This document shows positions 43,605 through 53,432 of a stretch of 64,000 nt of DNA, piece by piece. Made by a program: the position numbers and the translations under genes. The notes beneath the pieces were generated by a model. That model was not told where the DNA came from. It saw nothing but the letters and a program-made list of their open reading frames with translations, and ran no database searches. Within the stretch, counting starts at the first letter, position 1, and each line of letters opens with the position of its first letter. The stretch spans positions 62,001 to 126,000 of IMG/VR virus record IMGVR_UViG_3300043446_005562. One strand, given 5' to 3'.

Positions 43605-46600
43605 TAAATATATTTAATTTTTAATTTTGGCACCAAGCTTATTCCAGTACTCGGTTTTTTAAGAATCGATCCTGATAAGATTGCTGAATTAGAATTATTT
43701 ATTTTGACCCCTTTAATTAGAGAATAGTCTAGATTATCTAACTGATTGTAAGGCACGTCTGCAATACTAAAGTTTGCAGCATAATTTGGTTTTTCGTAAA
43801 AATCTATCATGTCTAGCGCATAGAGTTTCACTAGATTTTGAAGGGTGTAATTGGTTAGATACTGCTCAAATGTTGAATTTGGGAAAAGTAGATCAGACGA
43901 TTCAATCGGTTGATTATTTGCGTCCTTAAAGAATTTTTGGAATTCTGATCTTAATCCATTATTGATTAGAGCCTTTGCAATGATCTTTCTCAGGTTGAAT
44001 TTTAACTTTATTTCAGCAGTATACTCCGAATAGATGATATCGATTGATTCGCCAGTTGCGTCTTTTAGATTTGCAAAGTATGAATCAGGATTTTCAAAAA
44101 TCTGATTTGTAACTGAAAGCACATTAAAAGAACCGACTGTGAAATTCTGTGGAACGTTCAATAGTTTTGAAACAAATGAATAGTCTTCGATTACGCGCTT
44201 TGTACCAGCTAGCGGATAGCGATTGGCTTTGTTAAAATATGCATAATGGTATCCTAGATCCCAACTGCTGGCTAGGCAGTTATAAGTAGATTGATCAATT
44301 GGAGTTTCTGCAATTAATGGGTATTGGGCCTTATACGAGCTATTTCCTTCAAAATCTAAAATCGCTTTTGTTGAATATTTTACAAATGAGAATTCTGGTA
44401 ATTTAAAGAAGTTAGCCACTCTTGGATTCAATAGTGAATTTGAGCCGCTTACTTCAAAATTACCAAGCTGAGTTGAATATTTAAAACCAGTCAATGGTCT
44501 AAATAGAATATCGTATTCCCCAGAATATCTGAATATTTCGTAATTGTTTGAGTTAGCTTCGTAAATTTGAAATCCTCCCAGTACTTCAGCACTCGCTGTT
44601 TGTACATAGGTTTCTTTAAGTGCAACTTGCGTATTTTTATTAATTTCATCAGCTCTTTCAATTGCTATTGAAATTTTTTGATTCTCCAGTAATTGACCGC
44701 CATCATAGGTTTCATAAGAGATCAACGGTGAATTTCTTTCCAATAGTTTGACAAAATTTGCAAACGAGATATTCTTAAATAGATTTGCAAAATAATCCTT
44801 TCCGCCAAAGAGCTGGAATTGCTGAGATGAATTCAACCAGGTATTTGAACTTCCGCCCGGAAATGAAACGCCTGAGATTGAAATAGTTGGCCCAATTGAT
44901 GTTGCTGATACTACTGGTTGTATTATTGAAAGCTGGCGCTTACACTGAATTTGCCAGTCATTTGAATTTGAGCCGCTGCCAACATTACTTCTGACAACAA
45001 ATTGCAGATAAAGATCAGTAAGATTTGGTGCAATCGTTATTTGAGTAACCTGGCCTATTAAATATTGGGTTGGATCTGCTAGATCTGAAACTGTTATGAT
45101 ATCGCCCAATTTAAGTGGAGTTGAGGTTACGCTGCTTAGCGTTGCTCTAAGATACAGATCAGTATAGTCATTTGCAAGATCAATTCCCGGAAATGCGGTT
45201 GTGGTAGTTGTGGTTGTGGCCGGCGCTGTTGTTGTGGTTGTTGTACCAGCGGCTGTTGTAGTTGAGGTTGTTGTAGTGGTCGCCGGATCAATGATTATGA
45301 AGCTTGAAAAACCTGCATCTATGGTTTCCGGCGATTCAAAAAGTAGTATATTATCATTGACGATTCGTAGTAAGTGAGACGTAATTGTTGAATTAGATAG
45401 ATCACTCTTGATAATATCTTGTTGAGCCGTTGAATCTAATATTGTACTTGTTCTTACTGGTATTGAAATTTCTCCGTTTTTTCCAATAAACATTAATGGC
45501 GCAAATGCAGGCAACGGTGAAGAGTTACCAAGTGAAGTATTGGTCAGATAATCGTGAGATGCACTAATTGGATTAACAAAGTCTTCAAGTCTAAAGCTTA
45601 GTTCTGGCATTTGAAAAAGCTGTGCAGCATTCGTTAAATATTTTGAACCTGTAATACTAACTCCAGTTGGACTAATGTCTACACCGGTTGCAAGTTTAAC
45701 CGTTGAAAATGATGACTTTGTGCTATTGTATTTTTTATCCCTAGCTGCGTAAATGAAATTGTAAGTTAAGTTTGAAACTCCATTTTGATTGAATTTAAGT
45801 CGGTAATCTCCAAATACTCCTAAATAGCTTGGCTTGGCTGAAATGATGCTAAGTTTGTTGTCTAGTGTTAATTGAATTTGGGTTAGATTTGGAGAATCGG
45901 TTGAATTATCGTAGAGTCTAACTATTCTAGAGCTGGTCGTTCCTAACAGGGCATACGCTGGCTGACTAATTGTAAAAAATTGAGTTGCTAATTCCCCGTT
46001 AGAAGATCCGCTTAATAGCTGTTGGGAAGTTGATTTTGTGTAAATTTGACTATCTCCAAATGCCATGATGAATTGGCTATCGGTTGGGTCACTACCCTTT
46101 TTAACCAAAATCACTGAATTTGAGGTTGGTGTGTATGAAAAGGTCTGACCAGTTGCCGGATTCGTAAATGTACCAGATAGATTTGAAACATCTGGATAGG
46201 CACCTGCTTTTAATGAAGTAAACTCCAGATCGCCATATCCGCTAGGATCATCAAGAGTTTCATAAATTGCTGAAATTGTGTAAATTGTTGGAGCAGCATC
46301 ATTTAGGATATTTTCATCCAAAAATAATTTAGTTTGATCCAATCTATTATCTTGGAATTGCAGCGACTCGGCCAGCAGAACTGGATTAATTTGACTAATA
46401 TCACTTAATGCTAGCTCAATCAAAATCAAGATTGATTTAGCATTGGTATTTTCAATAACTCTAAATTTAACTGGAGATTGAGGGCCAGTTAAGTCCTCTG
46501 GGATAGGCTTTAGCAAAATACTAAAATTGTAGTCTTCGAATCTATCAGTTGTTATTGAGATTTGATCGTTGACTATTTCTGAGAATACAAATTTTGCTCC

Positions 46601-49600
46601 ATTGAATACTGTGGTATACTGATTTGAAAATTCATCCTTTATTAATTTAGAATATCTAAATTGAGGTCGATCTATTTCAACTCCATCAAATGTTGGAATA
46701 TAGGTAAAATATCTTTCAAAATAAGCAGACTCATTAATAAGAGAGGATACGCTTAATGGTTCATCAAAGTAATAGTAATTCTTTTTTATTAAATTAGCAT
46801 CCTTTGTATAATCAAAATCAGATTCAATATAGAACCATTCGTGTGTTAATTTTTCAGCGGTGGGTGCGGTTTCACGATGAGATGGGCCAAAATTATCTTT
46901 ACCAAATAGTATATCAGAATTCAAGCGATAGGTATTTCCCCTAGAATCGGTTGAATTACTGATTCCCCATTTAGAAATATACGGTATGATCTTACCTTCA
47001 TTTGCAAATTCAGTTGAATAATTCTCAAGGTAGATATCGTATTCTGTTTTTAAATTACTGGTTGTAAATTTTTCACGATAAGGATAGGTCAAAGCCTCTT
47101 GGTTTGGTTTTGTGTGGTCTGCGCCTAATCCAAAAAATCCAGTAAAAGTCTGTAAATTATTATCTTGATCTTGCATGCCAATATCAAGCCTTACTGAATT
47201 TGCTGAATACGGTAAATATTCGGATTTGGTTAGGATGACATCTCCTGATACTACTTGATATGAATGTAAGCCAGTTAAATTAAACCACACGGTATTATCT
47301 CCAGCTGAGTCAGTATCAATTTGCTGACCGTTAATCAAGATGGAACCTGATCCAATCATTGTGTATCGGTATTGCGTAAAATCCAATATTTTAGTATTTA
47401 CTGGTACGTAATAGTATTGATATAGATCTAATTCTGGAATTTTAGAGTATTCTGAAATGTGTCTTGTAAAATCAATATCCTTTGTGTCAAAAATTGATAA
47501 TATTCCAAATTTGGGTTTAAAAAGATTACGTATCTCAATTTTATCGTAGCTGATGAGGGTAGATTCTTCATCTTGCAACATTAGCGTTGAGTATTTGCTA
47601 AATGCCAAAGTCTTTTCCAGATTTAGTCCACCGGTTTCATTGTTGATATTCGCAGCTGAATTGCAGACTCTCAATATTTTAGACCAGTTCTTGTCAGTTT
47701 TTACAACGATATCGTTGATTACTGGAAGAATTTTATCAATGTTTTGAACCGGTATAACCGCTTGTGTCTGACCAACAAAACCACCATCTGCGTAAATCAC
47801 ATTTTGAGTCAATGCTGAGTTAATCAAAATGGCTGAACCACTTTGTAGAGTTTGAACAGCTAGCATTCCGAACTTATTGCCATAGGCTTGAGTCTGAATG
47901 TAGGCTTTATTCAAAAATGAATCGCCTGTTAAAAAGGAGTTATTTAAACTCTTTGCAATTTTTACAATGGTTTTTGCCAATTGAGTTAGATCCGTGTGGA
48001 CAGGCGCTGAGGTCGTTGTTGTAGTGGTTGTGCCCGCAACCGTCGTTGTAGTTGTAGTGCCGGCAATCGTTGTTGTTGTAGTGGTCTGTAATGAATTTTC
48101 AAGATTCACATAGATTCTTGAGCCAAGTGCTCCTTTAACATAGTTAGAGCCATCCCAAATCCATTTCGATCCGTTTGCTGAAGAAATGTATTGAGTTCCA
48201 ATTATTTGTGGAGTTCCTGTAAAAATGCTTGATGCATCATTTGGTGAGGCTGTACTAAATTCAACCTCAAGTATGGTTGGATATTCCAATGAATATTCTT
48301 CGCCATTTGTAAAGTAATTGCTTACAAACACAATATCATCATATCGACCATCATTATTGGAACGATCAAAGGTTGATCCATTTTGATGATACACTCTAAT
48401 TGTGTCTAGATGATTTGGAACCTGATCTAGAGTTAATTCAACGGTTGATCTTGTATTTAGAGTGTATGCAGTTGCAAGTTCTTGTGAAAATATATCATTT
48501 GGGCCAAACATTGTTCCCAAGTCCAATGCTGTGTCGTCTATTGTAAATTCAGCGGTTGTTCCAACCTGAGAAAAGGTCTGTTGATTAAGATCATCGTGTT
48601 GAATTTTTAAAAAGTGTAAATTATCTTTACTACGAAGATACGGAAAGAAAAGAGTATCTTCATTACTTAGCGCTGAGTTAAAAAATGTAAGATCCGAGTT
48701 CACACTGCTTGCTCTAAGCTTGATTCCATTTGGATTTGTAATGTTAACGCTAACATCATCTGACTGGCTAAATTTACGAGGTAATGGATTGTCGTTATCT
48801 TGTTCATTTTCATACATTTGATCAAGGTCAATATTGATTGACTCTAGATCGATTGCATTGCAATAAAAACCTAAATACCTATTGAATGAATATTGATCGG
48901 AGACTGTGTCGTCAAATAAAAATTCAAGATTTAATATTTTTGGATAGATGACATTATTTCTCTCAAAACCTTCAGTAACGTATTTTTCAAGTTTTAATTG
49001 AGGTGATGCTTTGTATAGAGCGTCTGCTAGGATTTCAGGTATTTCAACGTAGGTCCCAGCATTAATACTGGCGCCGCGATACAGCGAATATTTACTCTCT
49101 TTAAAATTAACATAGAGCGGATTGACTGGATACATTGGATCAGCCACCATATTTCGAATGTATTTACCAATTTTAGAATTGGCATTTAGGGGTATTGCCT
49201 TTAGAATAGTTGCATCCTGAAAAAGATTCAGCGCAAAGGTTTTGTCGCTAATTGCTGGCGTTGCATAGGTTTCAGTTGGTGAAACTCCTAATACTGAGTT
49301 ATCTAGCCATTGGCCAGCTGTATAGTTTGAGGCACCAGGTATTCTAAGTATTACAAAGTATTCAGGCAAAACTTTATCAACGTAAAGTGGTGCAAAATAG
49401 CTAAACTTTTCTGAATAGTTTTTAGTGGTCAAGTATTTTGCGCCGCTGGAATAGAGATCAAAATCGTATTGGTCCTTTAGGTCTTTTGCAACCACATCGG
49501 TTCTAATTGAAGAACCCAATGCATACGATATTGAATTGGGAGTCTTTCCCATATCGTAAAATTTAAAAATATTTACGGCATGATTGGAATTTTCCCCAAT

Positions 49601-49780
49601 TGGAAATTTCTTGTACTTTTGACTTGCGAGTGAACTTGTTGCATCAATTGAATTAAACCACAAATTTCCAACCGAATCTACTGTTAACTTTAAATTAGAA
49701 GTTAATTTTGGATTGGTTCGAAGTAGACCAAAGCTAACGTTTCGGTCAGTTAATTTTGTGTATGATAAATTACTTGACAA
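43604..49780 (-). CDS. Very large virion structural protein (probably baseplate-associated) with two poly-Thr linkers
   Basis: 2058 aa; TTG start; Thr tracts at about 48005-48085 and 45200-45285. Confidence 0.65.
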   Translation of the reverse strand: MSSNLSYTKLTDRNVSFGLLRTNPKLTSNLKLTVDSVGNLWFNSIDATSSLASQKYKKFPIGENSNHAVNIFKFYDMGKTPNSISYALGSSIRTDVVAKDLKDQYDFDLYSSGAKYLTTKNYSEKFSYFAPLYVDKVLPEYFVILRIPGASNYTAGQWLDNSVLGVSPTETYATPAISDKTFALNLFQDATILKAIPLNANSKIGKYIRNMVADPMYPVNPLYVNFKESKYSLYRGASINAGTYVEIPEILADALYKASPQLKLEKYVTEGFERNNVIYPKILNLEFLFDDTVSDQYSFNRYLGFYCNAIDLESINIDLDQMYENEQDNDNPLPRKFSQSDDVSVNITNPNGIKLRASSVNSDLTFFNSALSNEDTLFFPYLRSKDNLHFLKIQHDDLNQQTFSQVGTTAEFTIDDTALDLGTMFGPNDIFSQELATAYTLNTRSTVELTLDQVPNHLDTIRVYHQNGSTFDRSNNDGRYDDIVFVSNYFTNGEEYSLEYPTILEVEFSTASPNDASSIFTGTPQIIGTQYISSANGSKWIWDGSNYVKGALGSRIYVNLENSLQTTTTTTIAGTTTTTTVAGTTTTTTTSAPVHTDLTQLAKTIVKIAKSLNNSFLTGDSFLNKAYIQTQAYGNKFGMLAVQTLQSGSAILINSALTQNVIYADGGFVGQTQAVIPVQNIDKILPVINDIVVKTDKNWSKILRVCNSAANINNETGGLNLEKTLAFSKYSTLMLQDEESTLISYDKIEIRNLFKPKFGILSIFDTKDIDFTRHISEYSKIPELDLYQYYYVPVNTKILDFTQYRYTMIGSGSILINGQQIDTDSAGDNTVWFNLTGLHSYQVVSGDVILTKSEYLPYSANSVRLDIGMQDQDNNLQTFTGFFGLGADHTKPNQEALTYPYREKFTTSNLKTEYDIYLENYSTEFANEGKIIPYISKWGISNSTDSRGNTYRLNSDILFGKDNFGPSHRETAPTAEKLTHEWFYIESDFDYTKDANLIKKNYYYFDEPLSVSSLINESAYFERYFTYIPTFDGVEIDRPQFRYSKLIKDEFSNQYTTVFNGAKFVFSEIVNDQISITTDRFEDYNFSILLKPIPEDLTGPQSPVKFRVIENTNAKSILILIELALSDISQINPVLLAESLQFQDNRLDQTKLFLDENILNDAAPTIYTISAIYETLDDPSGYGDLEFTSLKAGAYPDVSNLSGTFTNPATGQTFSYTPTSNSVILVKKGSDPTDSQFIMAFGDSQIYTKSTSQQLLSGSSNGELATQFFTISQPAYALLGTTSSRIVRLYDNSTDSPNLTQIQLTLDNKLSIISAKPSYLGVFGDYRLKFNQNGVSNLTYNFIYAARDKKYNSTKSSFSTVKLATGVDISPTGVSITGSKYLTNAAQLFQMPELSFRLEDFVNPISASHDYLTNTSLGNSSPLPAFAPLMFIGKNGEISIPVRTSTILDSTAQQDIIKSDLSNSTITSHLLRIVNDNILLFESPETIDAGFSSFIIIDPATTTTTSTTTAAGTTTTTTAPATTTTTTTAFPGIDLANDYTDLYLRATLSSVTSTPLKLGDIITVSDLADPTQYLIGQVTQITIAPNLTDLYLQFVVRSNVGSGSNSNDWQIQCKRQLSIIQPVVSATSIGPTISISGVSFPGGSSNTWLNSSQQFQLFGGKDYFANLFKNISFANFVKLLERNSPLISYETYDGGQLLENQKISIAIERADEINKNTQVALKETYVQTASAEVLGGFQIYEANSNNYEIFRYSGEYDILFRPLTGFKYSTQLGNFEVSGSNSLLNPRVANFFKLPEFSFVKYSTKAILDFEGNSSYKAQYPLIAETPIDQSTYNCLASSWDLGYHYAYFNKANRYPLAGTKRVIEDYSFVSKLLNVPQNFTVGSFNVLSVTNQIFENPDSYFANLKDATGESIDIIYSEYTAEIKLKFNLRKIIAKALINNGLRSEFQKFFKDANNQPIESSDLLFPNSTFEQYLTNYTLQNLVKLYALDMIDFYEKPNYAANFSIADVPYNQLDNLDYSLIKGVKINNSNSAILSGSILKKPSTGISLVPKLKIKYI

Positions 49781-49795
49781 ATGTTAATAGTATTT

Positions 49796-52700
49796 TTATA
49801 TGGTGTTGGTGGTTGGTGCAACGGCTGTTGTATTAGTTATTGTAGTGAACGACGTTGGAACGGTTTTTGTTGTTTCTTTGTCGTATTCCGCGCTCACCAA
49901 CACATCAAAAGAAAAAGTCTCTTCTTTTAGAGAAATGTCTAATCCAATCTTTTTTGCGTATTTTACATTTACTAATCCAGAAGTTGCATTTCCACGATAG
50001 CCTCCAACGTATTTTAAATAGTCGGAGCAACGATATTGAAATATTAATGGAATTTGTATAGCTGAGGTTGTGCCAAATTCAATAAGGCGTTTTGCTGCGG
50101 TTGGGCTAAAAGAGGTTGCGCCAATATCTTCATACGACTTTGGAGCAATATACAAATACGCGCCGCATGTGTATTTTCCAATTAAGTATCTGTCATTTTC
50201 GGTATAGCCTAATTTAATTGGATAATTTTCTTCTCTCATACCAGCTGAGGTCAACACCAACGGGCTTGGTGTGATTGGCGTTGAGTATGCAGCCTGCTGT
50301 TCGTAGCTTGCACCGAATGCATTTGTATTATCAGATACGGCAGTTTCACTGTGAATTGCTTGGCTAAACGGTAGAGTTATCTGTTTGGTTGCAGAGCTTG
50401 ATGAATAGACTGGTCTGTATAAATTTGACCAAGTTGAATTGTATTTTCCTCCAGCTTTAATATCCGGATGGTCAATTGAAATACAGAATTCTGAAAGAAG
50501 TCCTCCACCAATCGGCGAAGAGTTTGTATCAAGCAGACCGTTCCAAACGTTTGAATTTGGAGAATAGGACCCCAACAGAACAGTTAAGTTGCTCAAGGTT
50601 GGATCATAAGGTAGATAATGACCTGCTGCATACGGTACAGTTTGACCACCAATATTTACACCTTGATAACCGTAATTGCTGCTACTTAAAGTAGTATCGT
50701 ATGAAATATTATCTGGATCAGCGGTAGTTATCAACTGACGATCGCCTTCAACTAATTTTGTTGCTAAATTTACCGATTTACCTCTACGATAAATGATTTG
50801 ACCTTTTACTTGAGAGGATTGGTATCCACTAATTTGTCTAATTGCTGAAATATCACCTGCTGTAACATTTGAGATTGAAATCGGCGCAGCATCATATCTT
50901 AAACTTGTATGATATGCATCAGATGGTGAATTTGCAGGGTTGGAAACTGGTGCTTTTTCGCCAAGACCTCCAAGTAATGATGAAATTAATTGTAAAGGAG
51001 TTTGCGAAGCATTTTCTAACTGAATATAATATTGAGCAGTTATTATTTTACCGTGATCATAGGTAACGGTTGCGCCTGCACTATTTTTAATCTGATCTTT
51101 GTAATAACCTGCAAAGATTTCAACAGTTTGGCCGTTTTTGACTGAAATTTGGCCGCCGCTTTGATCAACCAGGCTCACCTTTAATTGGCCTGCACCCGTT
51201 GCAATTGACGTTTGAATTGCTGCAAGAGAATCTGTTATTGATTTTAGTTTGGTATAAAGATCAACAATGCTACCGTCTGACGAAAAGAATCCGCTTGCAA
51301 CGTCCTCCGCTCTGTGAGCGAAGTACTTGTCTCGACTCGTAAATGCGGTGCTTAAGTGAATGTCTAGGCCCTTTGCATTTAATTCATCTTGGAAATTTAT
51401 TCTGGCCTCTTCGGCAAAAACCTGCTGAGATATTACTGAAATATCTTCAATGCTTTGTAGGTTTGCTGGAAATTCTACTAATACTGAGTTTGACCAATCT
51501 GATTCGGTTGGATTTTCTGGCCAGCCTGCCTCGGATAGACTTTTTACCTTGATTTCAAGAACTTCGCCTTTATTAATGGGTAATTCTAATTGATTCGAAT
51601 TTACTACAGTTGGGTCAGATATTGACTCTTCTTGCCAAACATAAAAACCAGTTAATGGATCTAATTTTTTTACTCTAGGCTTTGTTAAAAATTCTTTCCA
51701 TGGAGATATTGAACCCTGTGTTTGATTACCGGCGCTGTCTGTTACCGGTATTTGAGTGGCCTCTTCACTTGCTCCAGTTTTACTTAGAATCCGATATTGA
51801 ACTTTAAACTGAACAATCTGTTGTAATCCATACGCCGTATCCTTTCCTGCTGGAATTGCCCAAAAGCCCTTTACCTTGTAAACTGGCGGTGAAATTAATT
51901 GAGGAGTTGAATTAACTGACGTTGTTACTGAGCTAACATAACTTGAATATTGAGTTGTTAGTGTGTTGCGCTCATCGGTTAATGTTGAAAGATCTTTGTT
52001 TAACTTTAATTTGATTGACTCTGTTAATTGAGCATTGGTATTTAACTCAGAACGCTTAGAACTAATTTGCTTATCGACTTCTCTAATTTGAGCCTTGAGA
52101 GACTCAATTGAAGAAATATTTTGCTTTACGTCCGCAATATCGTTGTCTGCTTGAATATGTGCATCTGTTCTAACTACTTTAAAACTTGCTGTGTCTAGCG
52201 TAACAAGGTTTGGAATTTGACCAAGCGCTGATGGTAATTTTTTCTCCTTTGCGTAATTCACAAACATTAAACCAAAATCTGACACGAATTGTTTGTAAAA
52301 ATCGCTCATTGTCATGGTCTTACCGTTGTTGAGACCTATTGTTAAAGTATTTGAAAATACTCCAACTCCTTTTGAATAACTCTCAGTTGAAAGCTTTAGC
52401 CTTGAGCTGATTGGTTTCAAAAAGATGACCTGACGATCATTATAGCCTATGTTAATCGGTAGAGTGGTTGCTGCTGCAATCTCTGGTTTTATTCTTAATT
52501 CTGTGCCTTGCGCAAGAGTTCCTATTCCAAATATTCTATTTAAAATAACAACTGAACCTGCGGTTTCAACTCCTTTTACTTCATATTCAGAGTTGTCTGC
52601 TGTTAAAAGACGATCTCCTATTTTTAAGGTTCTTTGCACCAAGCCATTTGGTGAAGATGCAAGTTTTTCATCGTATTTTAGAGTGTCTAACTTGTATTTG

Positions 52701-53428
52701 GTAACGGTGGTTGAAACTGCAACGCCCGCCACAATATCAGTAGAAGGAACATCTCGGTTGATTCCGGATATGTTAAATACTCCGGTTTTCTTATTTTGAG
52801 AAGGCGGTAGAGAAACTTCGTTTGTGTCTTCAAAATAAGGAATTCCTCTTGAACTTAAATCTTTAATTAGTTCCGAATAGGCAATGTTGTTTTTACCAGA
52901 ATAGGTTTGATCAAAGTAGGTTGTATTGGTCTCAAGCTGAGATGTCATCAAGACTCTAAGAACTTCAAATCTATCAACATCCGCTGTTACAATTGATTGA
53001 ATCGGCAGATCAATATAGATTAGCGGATTTAAAAATGATTCAAAAAACCAGTTAGTTTTATATTTAAAGGTTTCAGGTATTTCGATTGCGGCATTTGAAA
53101 CAGAATCTAGATCTGAAATTACTTTTGAAACGTCCTGTAATTCAAATGTTTTTAGCGTGCCGTTTGCATCTTTAACTCCAATTTGATTGCCGTTTGCAGA
53201 AAGCAGAGAATTAAATTTTGTGTCAATTGAATTTATTTTATCGCTAAGATGAGCAAATGACGGTACATTGAATGTTTTGACAGTGCCGTCCTGTAAAGTT
53301 TGATTAATATTTACGGTGTCGGACGGAGTTGTTAACATCAATGAGAGTTTATTTAAAAACTCTTGCATGTTGTTTATGTCAACGCCAAGTTCAGCTAAGT
53401 AATCGGATAATGTCGATTTGTCTGCCAT
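49796..53428 (-). CDS. Large virion structural protein with coiled coil and FN3-like segment
   Basis: 1210 aa; heptad region around aa 430-490; VQYRI...IKVKSLSEAGW...SDWS resembles FN3. Confidence 0.6.
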   Translation of the reverse strand: MADKSTLSDYLAELGVDINNMQEFLNKLSLMLTTPSDTVNINQTLQDGTVKTFNVPSFAHLSDKINSIDTKFNSLLSANGNQIGVKDANGTLKTFELQDVSKVISDLDSVSNAAIEIPETFKYKTNWFFESFLNPLIYIDLPIQSIVTADVDRFEVLRVLMTSQLETNTTYFDQTYSGKNNIAYSELIKDLSSRGIPYFEDTNEVSLPPSQNKKTGVFNISGINRDVPSTDIVAGVAVSTTVTKYKLDTLKYDEKLASSPNGLVQRTLKIGDRLLTADNSEYEVKGVETAGSVVILNRIFGIGTLAQGTELRIKPEIAAATTLPINIGYNDRQVIFLKPISSRLKLSTESYSKGVGVFSNTLTIGLNNGKTMTMSDFYKQFVSDFGLMFVNYAKEKKLPSALGQIPNLVTLDTASFKVVRTDAHIQADNDIADVKQNISSIESLKAQIREVDKQISSKRSELNTNAQLTESIKLKLNKDLSTLTDERNTLTTQYSSYVSSVTTSVNSTPQLISPPVYKVKGFWAIPAGKDTAYGLQQIVQFKVQYRILSKTGASEEATQIPVTDSAGNQTQGSISPWKEFLTKPRVKKLDPLTGFYVWQEESISDPTVVNSNQLELPINKGEVLEIKVKSLSEAGWPENPTESDWSNSVLVEFPANLQSIEDISVISQQVFAEEARINFQDELNAKGLDIHLSTAFTSRDKYFAHRAEDVASGFFSSDGSIVDLYTKLKSITDSLAAIQTSIATGAGQLKVSLVDQSGGQISVKNGQTVEIFAGYYKDQIKNSAGATVTYDHGKIITAQYYIQLENASQTPLQLISSLLGGLGEKAPVSNPANSPSDAYHTSLRYDAAPISISNVTAGDISAIRQISGYQSSQVKGQIIYRRGKSVNLATKLVEGDRQLITTADPDNISYDTTLSSSNYGYQGVNIGGQTVPYAAGHYLPYDPTLSNLTVLLGSYSPNSNVWNGLLDTNSSPIGGGLLSEFCISIDHPDIKAGGKYNSTWSNLYRPVYSSSSATKQITLPFSQAIHSETAVSDNTNAFGASYEQQAAYSTPITPSPLVLTSAGMREENYPIKLGYTENDRYLIGKYTCGAYLYIAPKSYEDIGATSFSPTAAKRLIEFGTTSAIQIPLIFQYRCSDYLKYVGGYRGNATSGLVNVKYAKKIGLDISLKEETFSFDVLVSAEYDKETTKTVPTSFTTITNTTAVAPTTNTI

Positions 53429-53432
53429 TTAG